Positions 29,584-40,513 of a stretch of 64,000 nt of DNA are shown piece after piece. The translations under genes and the position numbers were made by a program. The notes under the pieces were generated by a model. The model was not told the origin of the DNA. It did no database searches and saw only the letters and a program-made list of their open reading frames with translations. The stretch covers positions 78,417-142,416 of the forward strand of contig CBDFNA010000002.1 in NCBI GenBank assembly GCA_965249845.1, in the 5' to 3' direction. The DNA comes from Alphaproteobacteria bacterium (GTDB lineage Bacteria > Pseudomonadota > Alphaproteobacteria > Bin65). Positions within the stretch are counted from its first letter, which is position 1; each line of letters opens with the position of its first letter.

Positions 29584-30054
29584 TTATCCCTCCGCTACAG
29601 CTTCGACGATGATGAGGGTCGTGCCATCGACATCGACGACCGTGACGCGGGTTCCAGCGGCAAGGTCATTCCCTTGGGGCCTTACTGTGAACCGCCACAT
29701 GCCGTCGCCGATGCGGACCCTGCCGCGGCCGCCGGACGACGCCGCTTCCAGCGTGTATTGCGAGCCGACAAGATTCCGTCCGCGCTGATTGAGCGTCGGG
29801 TGGTCGGTCGGCGTCTGGCGGGCCGAAACGATCCTGCGGCCGAGGAAAATCGCCAGCACGGAAAGGACGGCGAACAGGACCGCCTGTATCTCCCAACTCA
29901 TGGAGGGGATCGCTGCAAACGCGAGGCCGGTCAGCACCGCTGCAATGCCGAGCCAAAGGAAGATCACGCCCGGCACCAGCACCTCGACCAGCATGACGAG
30001 CCCGCCGAACGCCAGCCAGTGCCAATAGGTAGTGCTCTCCGGCCATTCGATCAT
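29584..30054 (-). CDS. NfeD family membrane protein
   Basis: WHWL..G..L..VE...PG..FLWLG; LNQRG..LVG...G.GRVRIGD..W; downstream of an SPFH gene. Confidence 0.88.
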   Translation of the reverse strand: MIEWPESTTYWHWLAFGGLVMLVEVLVPGVIFLWLGIAAVLTGLAFAAIPSMSWEIQAVLFAVLSVLAIFLGRRIVSARQTPTDHPTLNQRGRNLVGSQYTLEAASSGGRGRVRIGDGMWRFTVRPQGNDLAAGTRVTVVDVDGTTLIIVEAVAEG

Positions 30055-30077
30055 CGCTCGCTCTCCCGGCCCGCGCG

Positions 30078-31040
30078 TCAATCGTCGCCGGATTTCGGCA
30101 CCGATCCGCCCGCCGGTTTCCCGTCCTCGCCGAACGCCTGTTTGGCGATTTCGGTGAGGCCGGCGACGGCGCCGATCACGCCGGAGGCCTCCAGCGGCAT
30201 CAGGACGATTTTCTGGTTGCGGGCGCTGCCGATGGTTTCCAGCGCGCCGATATATTTCTGGGCGACGAAGTAATTGACGGCCTGGATGTTCCCCTCGCCG
30301 ATCGCCTTTGAGACCATTTCGGTCGCCCGCGCTTCGGCCTCGGCCTCGCGTTCGCGGGCCTCGGCGTCGCGGAACGCCGCTTCCCGCCGCCCCTCAGCAT
30401 CGAGGATCTGGGCCTGTTTCTGGCCTTCGGCGCGCAAGATCTCCGATTGACGGACGCCCTCCGCCTCGAGAATCGTCGCTCTCTTTTCGCGTTCGGCCTT
30501 CATCTGGCGCGCCATGGCGTCGACCAGTTGGGTCGGCGGCGTGATGTCCTTGATCTCGATGCGCGTGATCTTCACGCCCCAGGGCGATGTTGCCTCGTCG
30601 ACCACTCTCAACAGTTCGGCGTTGATCTTGTCGCGCTTCGACAGCAACTCGTCGAGGTCCATGGATCCCATGACGGTCCGGATGTTGGTTATCGTGAGAT
30701 TGAGAATGGATAGCTCGAGACGCCGCACCTCGTAGGACGCCTTGACGGCGTCGAGCAACTGGAAGAACACCACCCCGTCCACCGTTACCATGGCATTGTC
30801 CCGGGTGATGATTTCCTGCGAGGGAACGTCTGTAACCTGCTCCATCATGTTCTGCCGCCGCCCGACCCGGTCGACCAGCGGCACGATCAGTGCCAGACCG
30901 GGTGACAGCGTGCGCGTATAGCGGCCGAACCGCTCCACAGTGTATTCGAAACCCTGCGGCACGGTTTTTACGCCCATGAAGACAAGCGCGATCGCAAGGA
31001 CGATGATGACGACGACAAAGATCGAGAATGGATCGAACAT
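30078..31040 (-). CDS. SPFH/band-7 protein (QmcA-like)
   Basis: VERFGRYTRTL.PGL, ITRDNAMVTVDG, QMKAERE.RA.ILEAEG. Confidence 0.92.
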   Translation of the reverse strand: MFDPFSIFVVVIIVLAIALVFMGVKTVPQGFEYTVERFGRYTRTLSPGLALIVPLVDRVGRRQNMMEQVTDVPSQEIITRDNAMVTVDGVVFFQLLDAVKASYEVRRLELSILNLTITNIRTVMGSMDLDELLSKRDKINAELLRVVDEATSPWGVKITRIEIKDITPPTQLVDAMARQMKAEREKRATILEAEGVRQSEILRAEGQKQAQILDAEGRREAAFRDAEAREREAEAEARATEMVSKAIGEGNIQAVNYFVAQKYIGALETIGSARNQKIVLMPLEASGVIGAVAGLTEIAKQAFGEDGKPAGGSVPKSGDD

Positions 31041-31223
31041 CTTCTGGGGCTCCGGACTTCGGTCTGTTTTCTGGGTATGACAGCGCGTCTTCGACTTATC
31101 GGAATATTGGAAGGTTCAACGCGGAAACAATAGGAACCGCCGCGACGCCCGAACGGGTTTCGGGCGCTGGCGGTTCCGGCGGACAGACGCATCCGGCGGA
31201 CCCTGGCGGCAACGGATGAAGCT

Positions 31224-32333
31224 TCAGCTCCGCCAGCGCAGCACCGTTTCGGTTACCGGATTGCGGAAGTCGCGGCCTTCGGCGCGGGCGGCCGCCAGCT
31301 CTTTCTTCAGAGCGATATACCATTTCGCCGGTGTGTCGGCGTCCGGCAGCAGCATGGCGGCGTCCGATTTCTTGCGGCCTTCGCGCTGCAGGTTCATCGC
31401 CGTACGGTCCTGGTTCAGGAAATTGCGGGTGACCGGCACGACCAGCGGCTTCGCGAGCGTCATCAGCGGGTGCGACCAGTACATGACGTGATGCATCGCC
31501 GTCCGGTATACCGTGATCGGCGTCATGGCGGTCAGCCCGACATAGTAATGCCGGTCGCCCAGCGTCATATGTTCGATGCGCACGCCGGGCAGGCGGAAGC
31601 CGATTTCAACCGTTTTCTCGCCGCGCAACATGCGGATGATGCGGCTGTTGTCGCTCGGCGTGTGGCGCACCATGGTGAAACCGAGGTCCGACGGTGCAAA
31701 GCGCTTCGCCTTTTCCTTCAGCGTCTTCGACGACCGCCACAACCAGTTGCGGTGGACATAGGCGCCGTGGGCCGGATCGATCAGGCCGATGACGGCGTCG
31801 TCGAAATGGCATTCCAGATCGAGGGTTTCGGCAATGCCCGGCCGGCCGCGCACCGGCATCTCGGGAATCGGCGGCAGATCGTCGTCGCCGGACCCGGCAT
31901 CGTCGCCCATATAGATCCAGATCAGATGCTGCACCTCGCGGCACGGGTAGTTCTTGACCTTGATCCGGTCGATCCTGACCGTCTTTTCGTAGTCCTCGAC
32001 CAGCGAGGGGATACCGCGGCATACGCCGTCGGCGCCGAAGCGCCAGCCGTGATAGGCGCAGGTCACTTCTTCGCCGTCGAACCGGCCGGCGGAAAGCGGC
32101 ATCGCGCGGTGCGGGCAGATATCGCGCATGGCGAAAACATTGCCACTGCGGTCGCGGCCGATCAGCACCGGCTCGTCGAGCAGGGTGCGATGGACCGTCT
32201 TGCCCCGCTTGAGTTGCGCACCCGGCATCGCGAGATACCACAGCCCGCGCGGGGGCGCCGCAACGCCGCGCCAGACCGTTTCGGCCGCCGCCGTCCCTGT
32301 CTCCGAAGGGAATATCGGCGCGCTGCTGCCCAT
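31224..32333 (-). CDS. Rieske non-heme iron oxygenase alpha subunit (demethylase-like)
   Basis: CPHR...CAYHG Rieske motif; DPAHGAYVH mononuclear iron motif. Start uncertain. Confidence 0.88.
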   Translation of the reverse strand: MGSSAPIFPSETGTAAAETVWRGVAAPPRGLWYLAMPGAQLKRGKTVHRTLLDEPVLIGRDRSGNVFAMRDICPHRAMPLSAGRFDGEEVTCAYHGWRFGADGVCRGIPSLVEDYEKTVRIDRIKVKNYPCREVQHLIWIYMGDDAGSGDDDLPPIPEMPVRGRPGIAETLDLECHFDDAVIGLIDPAHGAYVHRNWLWRSSKTLKEKAKRFAPSDLGFTMVRHTPSDNSRIIRMLRGEKTVEIGFRLPGVRIEHMTLGDRHYYVGLTAMTPITVYRTAMHHVMYWSHPLMTLAKPLVVPVTRNFLNQDRTAMNLQREGRKKSDAAMLLPDADTPAKWYIALKKELAAARAEGRDFRNPVTETVLRWRS

Positions 32334-32430
32334 TCACATCTCCGCCGTCGATCGCGCGGCGCCGGTCGGGGCAACGGCGCGAAGGACGGACATGACCCGG
32401 TCGGGCTTGCAGGACAACCCCGAAGCGGGT

Positions 32431-33645
32431 CTAGGAACCCATCTGCGCCTGCAGGCCCTCATCCAGTTTACCGAGGAACCCGTTGGTGGTCAGCCATTCC
32501 TGATCCGGCCCGATCAGCAGGGCGAGATCCTTGGTCATGTGGCCGTTCTCGACGGTTTCGACGCAAACCTTTTCCAGCGTTTCGGCAAAGTCCCCAACCT
32601 TGGGCGTCCCGTCCAGGCTGCCGCGGAATTTCAGGCCGCGCGTCCAGGCGAAGATCGAGGCGATCGGGTTGGTCGAGGTTTCCTTGCCCTGCTGGTGCTG
32701 GCGGTAATGGCGCGTGACGGTGCCGTGCGCCGCCTCGGCCTCGGCGGTCTTGCCGTCGGCGGTCATCAGCACCGAGGTCATCAGGCCGAGCGATCCGAAG
32801 CCCTGGGCCACGGTGTCGGACTGGACGTCGCCGTCGTAATTCTTGCAGGCCCAGACGAAACCGCCGGACCATTTCAGCGCCGCCGCCACCATGTCGTCGA
32901 TCAGCCGGTGTTCGTAGGTGATGCCGGCTTCCTTGAATTTTCCGGCATACTCGGCGTCGAAGATTTCCTGGAACAGATCCTTGAAGCGGCCGTCATAGGC
33001 TTTCATGATCGTGTTCTTGGTCGACAGGTAGACGTCGCAATTGCGGTTGAGCCCGTAGTTGAACGAGGCGTGGGCGAAATCGCGGATCGAGGCGTCGAGA
33101 TTGTACATCGCCATCGCCACGCCGCCGCCGGGAAAGTCGTAGACCTCGCGCTCGATCGTCGTGCCGTCGTCGCCGTCGAACCGGATCGTCAGTTTGCCGC
33201 TGCCCGGCACCACGAAATCCGTCGCGCGATACTGGTCGCCGAAGGCGTGGCGGCCGATGATGATCGGTTCGGTCCAGCCCGGCACCAGGCGCGGCACGTT
33301 CCGGCAGATGATCGGCTCGCGGAACACCGTGCCGCCCAGGATGTTGCGGATCGTGCCGTTGGGCGACTTCCACATCTGTTTGAGGCAGAACTCCTCGACC
33401 CGGGCCTCGTCCGGCGTGATGGTCGCGCATTTGACGCCGACGCCGTGTTCCTTGATCGCATTCCCGGCATCGACGGTGATCCGGTCGTCGGTCTCGTCGC
33501 GTCTTTCGATCCCCAGGTCGTAATAGTGCAGGTCGATATCGAGATAGGGCAGGATCAGCTTGTCCTTGATGAACTGCCAGATGATCCGGGTCATTTCATC
33601 GCCGTCGATCTCGATAACCGGCTTGGCGACCTTGATTTTGCTCAT
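32431..33645 (-). CDS. icd: NADP-dependent isocitrate dehydrogenase
   Basis: [58 protein letters not shown]. Confidence 0.97.
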   Translation of the reverse strand: MSKIKVAKPVIEIDGDEMTRIIWQFIKDKLILPYLDIDLHYYDLGIERRDETDDRITVDAGNAIKEHGVGVKCATITPDEARVEEFCLKQMWKSPNGTIRNILGGTVFREPIICRNVPRLVPGWTEPIIIGRHAFGDQYRATDFVVPGSGKLTIRFDGDDGTTIEREVYDFPGGGVAMAMYNLDASIRDFAHASFNYGLNRNCDVYLSTKNTIMKAYDGRFKDLFQEIFDAEYAGKFKEAGITYEHRLIDDMVAAALKWSGGFVWACKNYDGDVQSDTVAQGFGSLGLMTSVLMTADGKTAEAEAAHGTVTRHYRQHQQGKETSTNPIASIFAWTRGLKFRGSLDGTPKVGDFAETLEKVCVETVENGHMTKDLALLIGPDQEWLTTNGFLGKLDEGLQAQMGS

Positions 33646-33786
33646 ATCGAACTGTCCAGGAGTGGCGGATTCGGATTTGTCGCGAGGAGGTGCGGCCGGT
33701 AGCCGGCGACGCCGGCCGGACCATAGCGACGCGCGCCGACCGCGCAAGGATGGCGGTGCCGCACGGCCGGGCCGGCCGCGACCCGG

Positions 33787-34440
33787 TCAGTCCGGCGGCG
33801 TCACCCAGCGCGACCAACCGGCATGGCTGCTGCGCTTGTCCCGCATGCCGCCGGGGATGCGTTCGCCGCCATCGTTCGGGAAAACGAAGACCGCACCGAG
33901 CAGAATATGTTCGGTCGGGATGCCGAGATAGTCGAACGTCGCCGCGTCGCGCAGATAGCCACCGCTCGACCAGTATGTCGTCAACCCCCGCTCGGTCGCC
34001 GCCAGCAGGAAGGACTGGACCGCCGCGCTCGCCGCCGCGATATGTTCCATGTTCGCCATGGTCGGCTCGAACAGGCCGTCATCTCCGCCCTCGTCGCCGT
34101 TTTCTCGTGGATTGGGCAGCCAGGTCGCCAGGATCAACGCCTCGGCGGCGGCCAGCATCTGCGGTACGCGGCCGACCTTTTCCGCATTGGCCTGTACGAA
34201 ACCGATCAGGCGGCGGCAAGTCCGGGCATCGGCCAGATAGAAGCGCCAGGGCTCGATGGTGCGCGTGCCGCGCCAGTGTTGCCGGTGCGCCGGCTTGTGA
34301 AACGGCGCCCAGCCCGCGAGTGCAATCAGCGATTCGATGGTGTCCCGGTCGGTTTCCGGCGCTGCCGGGCTATCGGGATCGAACATCACCTTGGTGGTCT
34401 TGCGGGCAGTCAGAATCTCGGCGACGGGAAATTGCGGCAT
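33787..34440 (-). CDS. Nitroreductase family protein
   Basis: RKTTK...AGWAPFH...EPWRFY...AAVQSFLLAATERG..TYWSSG. Confidence 0.75.
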   Translation of the reverse strand: MPQFPVAEILTARKTTKVMFDPDSPAAPETDRDTIESLIALAGWAPFHKPAHRQHWRGTRTIEPWRFYLADARTCRRLIGFVQANAEKVGRVPQMLAAAEALILATWLPNPRENGDEGGDDGLFEPTMANMEHIAAASAAVQSFLLAATERGLTTYWSSGGYLRDAATFDYLGIPTEHILLGAVFVFPNDGGERIPGGMRDKRSSHAGWSRWVTPPD

Positions 34441-34532
34441 GGCGACGGCACGGCTCTATGGAAAGGTCGAAAGACCGGTGGCGACTATATCGGTCGGCGG
34501 ACCGGACATTTCGAGCGACGGTTCGGCGCGGG

Positions 34533-35126
34533 TCAACTCCCGGCAGCTTCGAGGGCGCCGGCGCTCTCGCCCGTTCCTTCCAGCGCGATGAAGATCTCGT
34601 CCACCGAACGGGCGATCGTCAGCAGCGACATATGCTCCGGGTCGACAAAGCCGCGAGCGACCTGGGCGTCCAGTAGATCGAGGAGCGGCTGCCAGTATCC
34701 GGCAATATCGGCCAGGATGATCGGCTTCTCGTGGAACCGCAACTGGCGCCAGGTCAGGATCTCGAAGGTCTCATCCAGGGTGCCGAGGCCGCCGGGCAGC
34801 GAAACGAAGGCGTCGGACAGCTTCGCCATCAGCAGCTTGCGTTCGTGCATCGAGTCCACGACATGCAATTCGGTCACCGCGCGGTGGCCGTGTTCGCGCA
34901 CTTCCAGATCGTACGGGATGACGCCGATCACCCGCCCGCCGGCAGCCATGGCGGCATCGGCAGTCGCGCGCATAAGGCCGACATTGCCGCCGCCATAGAC
35001 AAGATCGATGCCGCGCCCGGCCAGACCGGCGCCCAGCGCGGTTGCCGCCTCCAGCCACGCGGGATTCACGCCGCTGCGGGAGCCGCAATAGACGCAGACG
35101 GCGCAGGGATACCGGCTCACGGGCAT
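34533..35126 (-). CDS. LOG family nucleosidase (TIGR00730-like)
   Basis: VCVYCGS, LVYGGGNVGLM, MHERK, PGGLGTLDE. Confidence 0.92.
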   Translation of the reverse strand: MPVSRYPCAVCVYCGSRSGVNPAWLEAATALGAGLAGRGIDLVYGGGNVGLMRATADAAMAAGGRVIGVIPYDLEVREHGHRAVTELHVVDSMHERKLLMAKLSDAFVSLPGGLGTLDETFEILTWRQLRFHEKPIILADIAGYWQPLLDLLDAQVARGFVDPEHMSLLTIARSVDEIFIALEGTGESAGALEAAGS

Positions 35127-35240
35127 TTTCCTTTCGAGGCGGAGGGATGAGTGGACAAAGCTGTGGCGGTTGCCCGATTCACACGGCGGTTCCGGCTCTG
35201 TCAATTGTGCGCAATTTCGCCGGATTCCTCGTCGTCGCCA

Positions 35241-35298
35241 AATCCCTGGAGAACCGTTCTTGTATAGATAATCCTTGGAAAACCGTTCTTGTATAGAT
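35241..35298. repeat. 29-bp tandem direct repeat x2 in a divergent promoter region
   Basis: aatccctggagaaccgttcttgtatagat / aatccttggaaaaccgttcttgtatagat (2 mismatches). Confidence 0.9.
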
Positions 35299-35379
35299 AC
35301 GGTGCGGATTGTCGATTTTCACCCTATATTGAATTGTTGTCTGCCGTTCGGCACGGCCGAATCGATCCCGGAGAGGAAC

Positions 35380-35868
35380 ATGGCGAAACTTTCTGACCTG
35401 AAACGTGCGATTGCCGGCCCGGTCCTGGCCGGCGCCGTCCTGATGGGCACGGTCATGTCCGGCATTGCGGCGGTACAGGCCCTAGAGCCGAGCGACTCGA
35501 TCTCCACGCGCAAGGCGATCATGTGGTCGATCGGCGCGCATGTGAACGGCATCAAGGCCGGCCTGGGCGCCAAGGACGGCAAGTTGATCGCCGGCCACGC
35601 CGGCGCCATCGCCGCCCTGGCGGCGACTCTGCCGAAGCTGTTCCCCAAGGGCTCCGGCCCCGAAGCCGGCAAGACCCGGGCCAAGCCGGAAATCTGGCAG
35701 CAATGGGACAAGTTCGTTGCCGCGGCCAAGGCCTTGCAGACGGAAGCCGGGGAACTGGCTCAAATCGCAGGCTCCGGCGATGTCGCCATGGCCGCCCCGC
35801 AATTCGGGGAGATGGCGCGCGCGGGCTGCGGCGGCTGCCACCGCCCGTTCCGCGTCCCGAAGAAGTAG
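35380..35868 (+). CDS. Class II cytochrome c (c'/c556)
   Basis: Signal peptide; TRAKPEIWQQWDKF; C-terminal CGGCH; RBS gagagg. Confidence 0.9.
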   Translation: MAKLSDLKRAIAGPVLAGAVLMGTVMSGIAAVQALEPSDSISTRKAIMWSIGAHVNGIKAGLGAKDGKLIAGHAGAIAALAATLPKLFPKGSGPEAGKTRAKPEIWQQWDKFVAAAKALQTEAGELAQIAGSGDVAMAAPQFGEMARAGCGGCHRPFRVPKK

Positions 35869-35892
35869 TCGGCGATTCGTACAAACGATCCT

Positions 35893-35941
35893 CCGTCATA
35901 TCGACCGGAGCGGCCCCGAGGGGCGCGAAGCGGAGATATCT
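35893..35941. repeat. Family C REP unit
   Basis: ccgtcatatcgaccggagc...gcggagatatct; related to copies at 44675, 52088, 52628 and 61560. Confidence 0.75.
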
Positions 35942-36339
35942 TTGGGGATTATATCGCTGACTATGCGGTGCCGGCTTTCCGCCGACGGTGCGGACAGTCC
36001 GGTGGAAAAGAGCGACCGCCGCACGATCTTCGCTGCCCCGGAATACCAATGGTGTCGCCCCGGATTAAAGCTGGAGCATCTTTTGCTCCCTTCTCTTAAA
36101 TATCTATAAAGATTGACTATTTCGCCCTGTTCTTGATGATGTGCGGGTGCAATCCTTGGATCAGTCATCAAATCGAATGCAGGATTTTTCAATATCGGGA
36201 CGGGCATCGGCAGCGCGTGGCAACGAATTGCCACTTTCGAGGGGCGAGACCACTTCGAAGCGTCCGTGCGAAGAACTCGCCGGGTGACCCATGGCATTGA
36301 CGTATACGGGGCGGGAAGCGGATCGTCTAGCTCGTGGGG

Positions 36340-36625
36340 GACCTCGACACCGGACGGGGTCTTGCCGGGGCGCAGGACATCTGCCACAGGCTTGCCGCAT
36401 CGCCGCGGGCGGAATTGGGAAGGAGCGGCAGAAGAAGTCGACCAGGGCGGTTGTCATGTGCACCACCTCGCTGCGCGAGGGCGCGTTCTCCAGCTGGCTC
36501 GCGGTGGGCTGTGAGCACAGCGCGCGGCCGGTCTCCGGCGCTCAACCTACGGCCAGCTTGAACAGGGGATTGCCACTGAGCGGGTCGCAATCGTCGACGT
36601 GCCGTGACCGCAGGGGGAGGCCCGG
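36340..36625 (-). pseudogene. IS1380-family transposase remnant
   Basis: DDCDPL..NPLFKLAVG*APETGRALCSQPTASQLENAPSRSEV..M..ALVDFFC and VLRPGKTPSGVEV match IS1380 N-terminal motifs; internal stop and deletion. Confidence 0.75.
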
Positions 36626-36802
36626 CAGGGTGGCGGTGCCGACGCCCGGCCCCGCGCGGAACTGGACGCCCGCGCCCGGCGCACACCATCCCGCGTTGGT
36701 GGCGTCTGGGTCGTCGCCTGCTTCCTTCGCCGCGCCGATGCAGTTCCAGGTCTGGGCGAGCAAGAAGGAGGCCCTGAAGCCGCGCGGCTGACGGCGATCC
36801 GG

Positions 36803-37204
36803 TTGCTGATGCTGACGGGCTGCCGACTGTCGGAAATACTGACCCTGCGCTGGGCGCATGTCGACCTGGGCGCAGGCGAATTGAAACTGCCGGATTCGAA
36901 AACCGGCGGCCGCGCCATACCGCTGGCGCCGGCAGCAGTGCGGCTCCTGGCCGCCCTCCCGCGCAAACCGGGCAATCCATGGGTCGTTCCCGGCCGGAAG
37001 CGGGGCGCCCATCTTGTCGGTATTCAGCACCCGTGGCAGCGCATTCGCGAGCGGGCCGGCCTGCCGGGCGTGCGGATCCATGACCTGAGCCACACCTTCG
37101 CCAGCAGGGCCCTGGCGCTTGGTGAGAGCCTGCCGATGATCGGCAAGATCCTGGGACATACGGAAGCGTATGAGCAGGTCCTGGAGCACAAGCGGGCCTG
37201 TTGA
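36803..37204 (+). pseudogene. Tyrosine integrase C-terminal fragment
   Basis: LMLTGCRLSEILTLRW, DSKTG, RIHDLSHTFAS (H-x-x-R changed to HDLS), ILGHT; catalytic Tyr segment and N-terminus absent. Confidence 0.85.
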
Positions 37205-37216
37205 TCGGCGCGCCCA

Positions 37217-37738
37217 TTGGACGCCGATAAGCATGACAACTTGTTGATTTCGCTTAATTTAGAGGGGTCAAACGCCGGTGCCGAACAACACCCGGACAAC
37301 CGGATCGTCGATGTCGACGGGTTCTCGGACTGGGGCAATCCCGGGTCCAGGACGGGCTACGCCGGGGCAGGCGCTGTCGGTGTGTTCGTGTCCGGCGGTC
37401 CGGCGCTGGCCCGGATCGTCAATTCGGTCACCGATACCGACTACAGCGGGAGCACATGCCTGGAAACGGATCTGCGCCCGGACGCCGACGACTCGTTCCG
37501 CCGCGTTTCGACGGAAGTCGGATGGGCGATCGGCGCCGGTTTCGAGATGCCGCTGGCCGCGCGCTGGGCGCTCCGGTTCAACGGTTCGTATCTGGACTTC
37601 GGCAGCGAGACCTATCACGTGAACCTGTCCGGCAACAATTCATGCGGGCCCGGCGGCGCCATGACGGCCTGCCGCTACACCGTCAGGAACAGGCTGGGTG
37701 TCGTCCGCCTGGGGATCGTCTATCTGTTCGGCGAATAG
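37217..37738 (+). pseudogene. Outer-membrane beta-barrel (Omp25/RopB-like) C-terminal fragment
   Basis: GWAIGAGFE....W.LR..GSYLDFG...VVRLGIVYLF; no signal peptide. Confidence 0.6.
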
Positions 37739-37965
37739 GGCATGCCAGTGCCGGCGGATGCGGCGCCGTACACGGCGCGCAAATTTGTTTGGAAGCTCGA
37801 AAATGGTAATCCGTTGCCAAACGCAGTCAGCGACGGTCCCGGTATTGAAAAATTCTGCATTCGGTTTGATGACTGATCCTGTGTTTTCGGTTTAGCGCTC
37901 TTGGAAGAAAGGTTTTTTCGTAAAGAATAACAATGCGTTACCGGAATAATCAGCGATTCACTCCG

Positions 37966-38068
37966 ACTTTGATCCGAGGCTACCCAGGGTGAGGAACGCT
38001 GTCGGGTATGGCTCCTTCCTCCCCTCGTCCCGAGTAGCCCCGGATCAAGTCCGGGGCGTATCGAGGGG
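37966..38068. repeat. Family B REP doublet (degenerate)
   Basis: ...ctacccagggtgagg / cctcgtcccgagtagccccggatcaagtccggggcgtatcgaggg. Confidence 0.7.
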
Positions 38069-38237
38069 CGCGCCGAAGGGAACGCGATTTTCCCCTGAAT
38101 CGGATCAGGTCTTTGTCGAAAAAGCATTTCCTCACGTTTGGAATGGCCAAGAACACGCCATTCGCGAATAGTCCGATCTAACCCGTCGCGGCGTTTTCCG
38201 CCTTGCCGCAACATCGCCGTAACCGTACCTCGCCGCG

Positions 38238-39278
38238 ATGAAATTTCTCGACCAGGCCCGAATTCTCGTGTGCTCAGGCGCCGGCGGCAGCGGCTGCGCC
38301 TCGTTCCGGCGCGAAAAATTCGTGCCGGACGGCGGCCCGGACGGCGGCGACGGCGGCCGCGGCGGCCATGTCTACGCCGAATGCGCCGACGGCCTGAACA
38401 CCCTGATCGATTTCCGCTACCGCCAGCATTTCAAGGCCAAGCGCGGCCATCACGGCATGGGCAAGGCGCGCACCGGCGCGGCGGGGTCCGACCTTGCGAT
38501 TGCGGTGCCGGCCGGCACCCAGATTTTCGAGGAGGACCGGGAAACCCTGGTGGCCGATCTGGTATCGATCGGCGACCGCGCGCTGCTCGCCAAGGGCGGC
38601 GATGGCGGGCGCGGCAACATCCATTTCAAGAGCTCGACCAACCGGGCGCCGCGCCGCTGCGAACCGGGCTGGCCCGGCGAGGAACGCTCGCTGTGGCTGC
38701 GCCTGAAGCTGATTGCCGAAGCCGGGCTGGTCGGCCTGCCGAATGCCGGCAAATCGACCTTCCTTGCCCGGGTTTCGCGCGCGCGGCCCAGGATCGCCGA
38801 CTATCCGTTCACCACCCTGCATCCGCATCTGGGCGTCGTCGACGCGGGCCATCACCACTTCGTTCTGGCCGATATCCCGGGCCTGATCGAAGGCGCCCAC
38901 GAGGGCAAGGGAATCGGCGACCGCTTTCTCGGCCATATCGAACGCTGCGGGGTGCTGCTGCATCTGGTCGACGGGACGGCCGGGGACGCTGCCGCGGCCT
39001 ACCGGACGATCCGGCGCGAACTGACGGCCTACGGCGCCGGTATTGCCGGGAAGACGGAGATCGTGGCCCTGAACAAGGCCGATGCGCTCGGCGCGGGTGA
39101 AATCGATGCTGGTCTGGCCGCGCTGCGCGATGCCGGCGCGGCCGAGCCCTTCGCCCTGTCCGGCGTCTCCGGCATCGGGATCGAGACTGCGCTCAACCGC
39201 ATCGCCGACGCCATCGACACCGGCCGCAAAATGGACAGCGACCTGGCCCCTGTCGCCGCCGCATGGTCGCCGCTGTGA
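38238..39278 (+). CDS. obgE: GTPase ObgE
   Basis: [41 protein letters not shown]. Confidence 0.97.
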   Translation: MKFLDQARILVCSGAGGSGCASFRREKFVPDGGPDGGDGGRGGHVYAECADGLNTLIDFRYRQHFKAKRGHHGMGKARTGAAGSDLAIAVPAGTQIFEEDRETLVADLVSIGDRALLAKGGDGGRGNIHFKSSTNRAPRRCEPGWPGEERSLWLRLKLIAEAGLVGLPNAGKSTFLARVSRARPRIADYPFTTLHPHLGVVDAGHHHFVLADIPGLIEGAHEGKGIGDRFLGHIERCGVLLHLVDGTAGDAAAAYRTIRRELTAYGAGIAGKTEIVALNKADALGAGEIDAGLAALRDAGAAEPFALSGVSGIGIETALNRIADAIDTGRKMDSDLAPVAAAWSPL

Positions 39279-40429
39279 CCGCCGACCGCACGAGCGCCGA
39301 TATCGCCACCGGAATCGAAAAGGCCGGGCGGATCGTCGTCAAGATCGGCTCCGCCCTGCTGATCGACGACGTGACCGGCGCCTTGCGGCGGGATTGGTTG
39401 CGCTCCTTCGCCGCCGATGTCGCCGCGCTGCGCGAGCGAGAACAGGAAGTCGCCATCGTTTCCTCCGGCGCCATCGCTTTCGGCCGCCGGCAACTGGACC
39501 TGACCGGCCAGGCGCTGGCGCTGGAAGAGAAGCAGGCCGCCGCCGCGGTTGGCCAGATCCATCTCGCCCACGCCTGGCAGGAGGCGCTGGCCGCCCACGG
39601 GCTGACCCTGGCGCAGATTCTGCTGTCCCTGTCGGACACGGAAGAGCGCCGCCGCCACCTGAACGCGCGCGAGACGTTGACCGCGCTGTTCGGCTTCGGC
39701 GCCGTCCCGCTGATCAACGAGAACGATACGGTGGCGACGGAAGAGATCCGCTTCGGCGACAACGACCGGCTGGCGGCGAGGGTCGCGCAGATGGTCAGCG
39801 CCGACCTGCTGGTCCTGCTGTCGGATATCGACGGGCTGTACGACCGCGATCCGCGGCTGCACGACGACGCCCGGCATATCGCCGACGTCCCGGCCCTGAC
39901 CGACGACATCCGCGCAATGGCCGGCAAGCCGCGGCCGGGCTACAGCTCGGGCGGCATGGTGACCAAGCTGGAGGCGGCGCGCATCGCGGTCGGCGCGGGC
40001 TGCGCCATGATCATTTCCGACGGCAGCGCGGAGCACCCGATCCGGCGGCTCGAAGCCGGCGAGCGCCACACAAGGTTCGCGCCGGCCGCCAGCCCCGGCA
40101 CGGCGCGCAAGCGCTGGATCGCCGGGGCGCTGGGCGGCGACGCGCGGATTACCGTCGACGCCGGCGCGGCGCGGGCGCTGCGCCGGGGCAAGAGCCTGCT
40201 GCCGGCCGGCGTGACGGCGGTCGAAGGCCGGTTCCGGCGCGGCGACGCCGTGCGCATCCTGGGACCGGACGGCGCCGAAATCGCCATCGGCCTGATCGCC
40301 TACGACGCCGACGCCGCGCGCAAGATCGCCGGCTGCCAGAGCCGTGAGATCGAAGCCCTGCTGGGCTACAAGGGCCGCGACGTGCTGATCCACCGGGACG
40401 ATATGGCGGAGACCCACGGAACCGATTAA
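39275..40429 (+). CDS. proB: Glutamate 5-kinase
   Basis: [37 protein letters not shown]; C-terminal PUA domain; GTG overlaps the obgE stop. Confidence 0.96.
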   Translation: MTADRTSADIATGIEKAGRIVVKIGSALLIDDVTGALRRDWLRSFAADVAALREREQEVAIVSSGAIAFGRRQLDLTGQALALEEKQAAAAVGQIHLAHAWQEALAAHGLTLAQILLSLSDTEERRRHLNARETLTALFGFGAVPLINENDTVATEEIRFGDNDRLAARVAQMVSADLLVLLSDIDGLYDRDPRLHDDARHIADVPALTDDIRAMAGKPRPGYSSGGMVTKLEAARIAVGAGCAMIISDGSAEHPIRRLEAGERHTRFAPAASPGTARKRWIAGALGGDARITVDAGAARALRRGKSLLPAGVTAVEGRFRRGDAVRILGPDGAEIAIGLIAYDADAARKIAGCQSREIEALLGYKGRDVLIHRDDMAETHGTD

Positions 40430-40513
40430 GAACACTCGAACATAGATGGTCGGACCGAAGAGGTTAGACCGCCCCAGCGACCGGGCCGCCGGACAATGAG
40501 AAAGGAGAATGTT

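Larger units (their letters stand above)
36158..37879. mobile_element. 1.72-kb degraded element bounded by 84-bp imperfect inverted repeats
   Basis: 36158-36241 and the reverse complement of 37796-37879 align without gaps at 69/84 positions; both outer ends read GGATCAGTCATCAAA inward. Confidence 0.75.

Noticed and set aside
36540-36546. In-frame TGA in the IS1380 remnant as recoding (Sec or read-through)
   Set aside because: The surrounding sequence also has deletions and frameshifts, so simple decay explains it.
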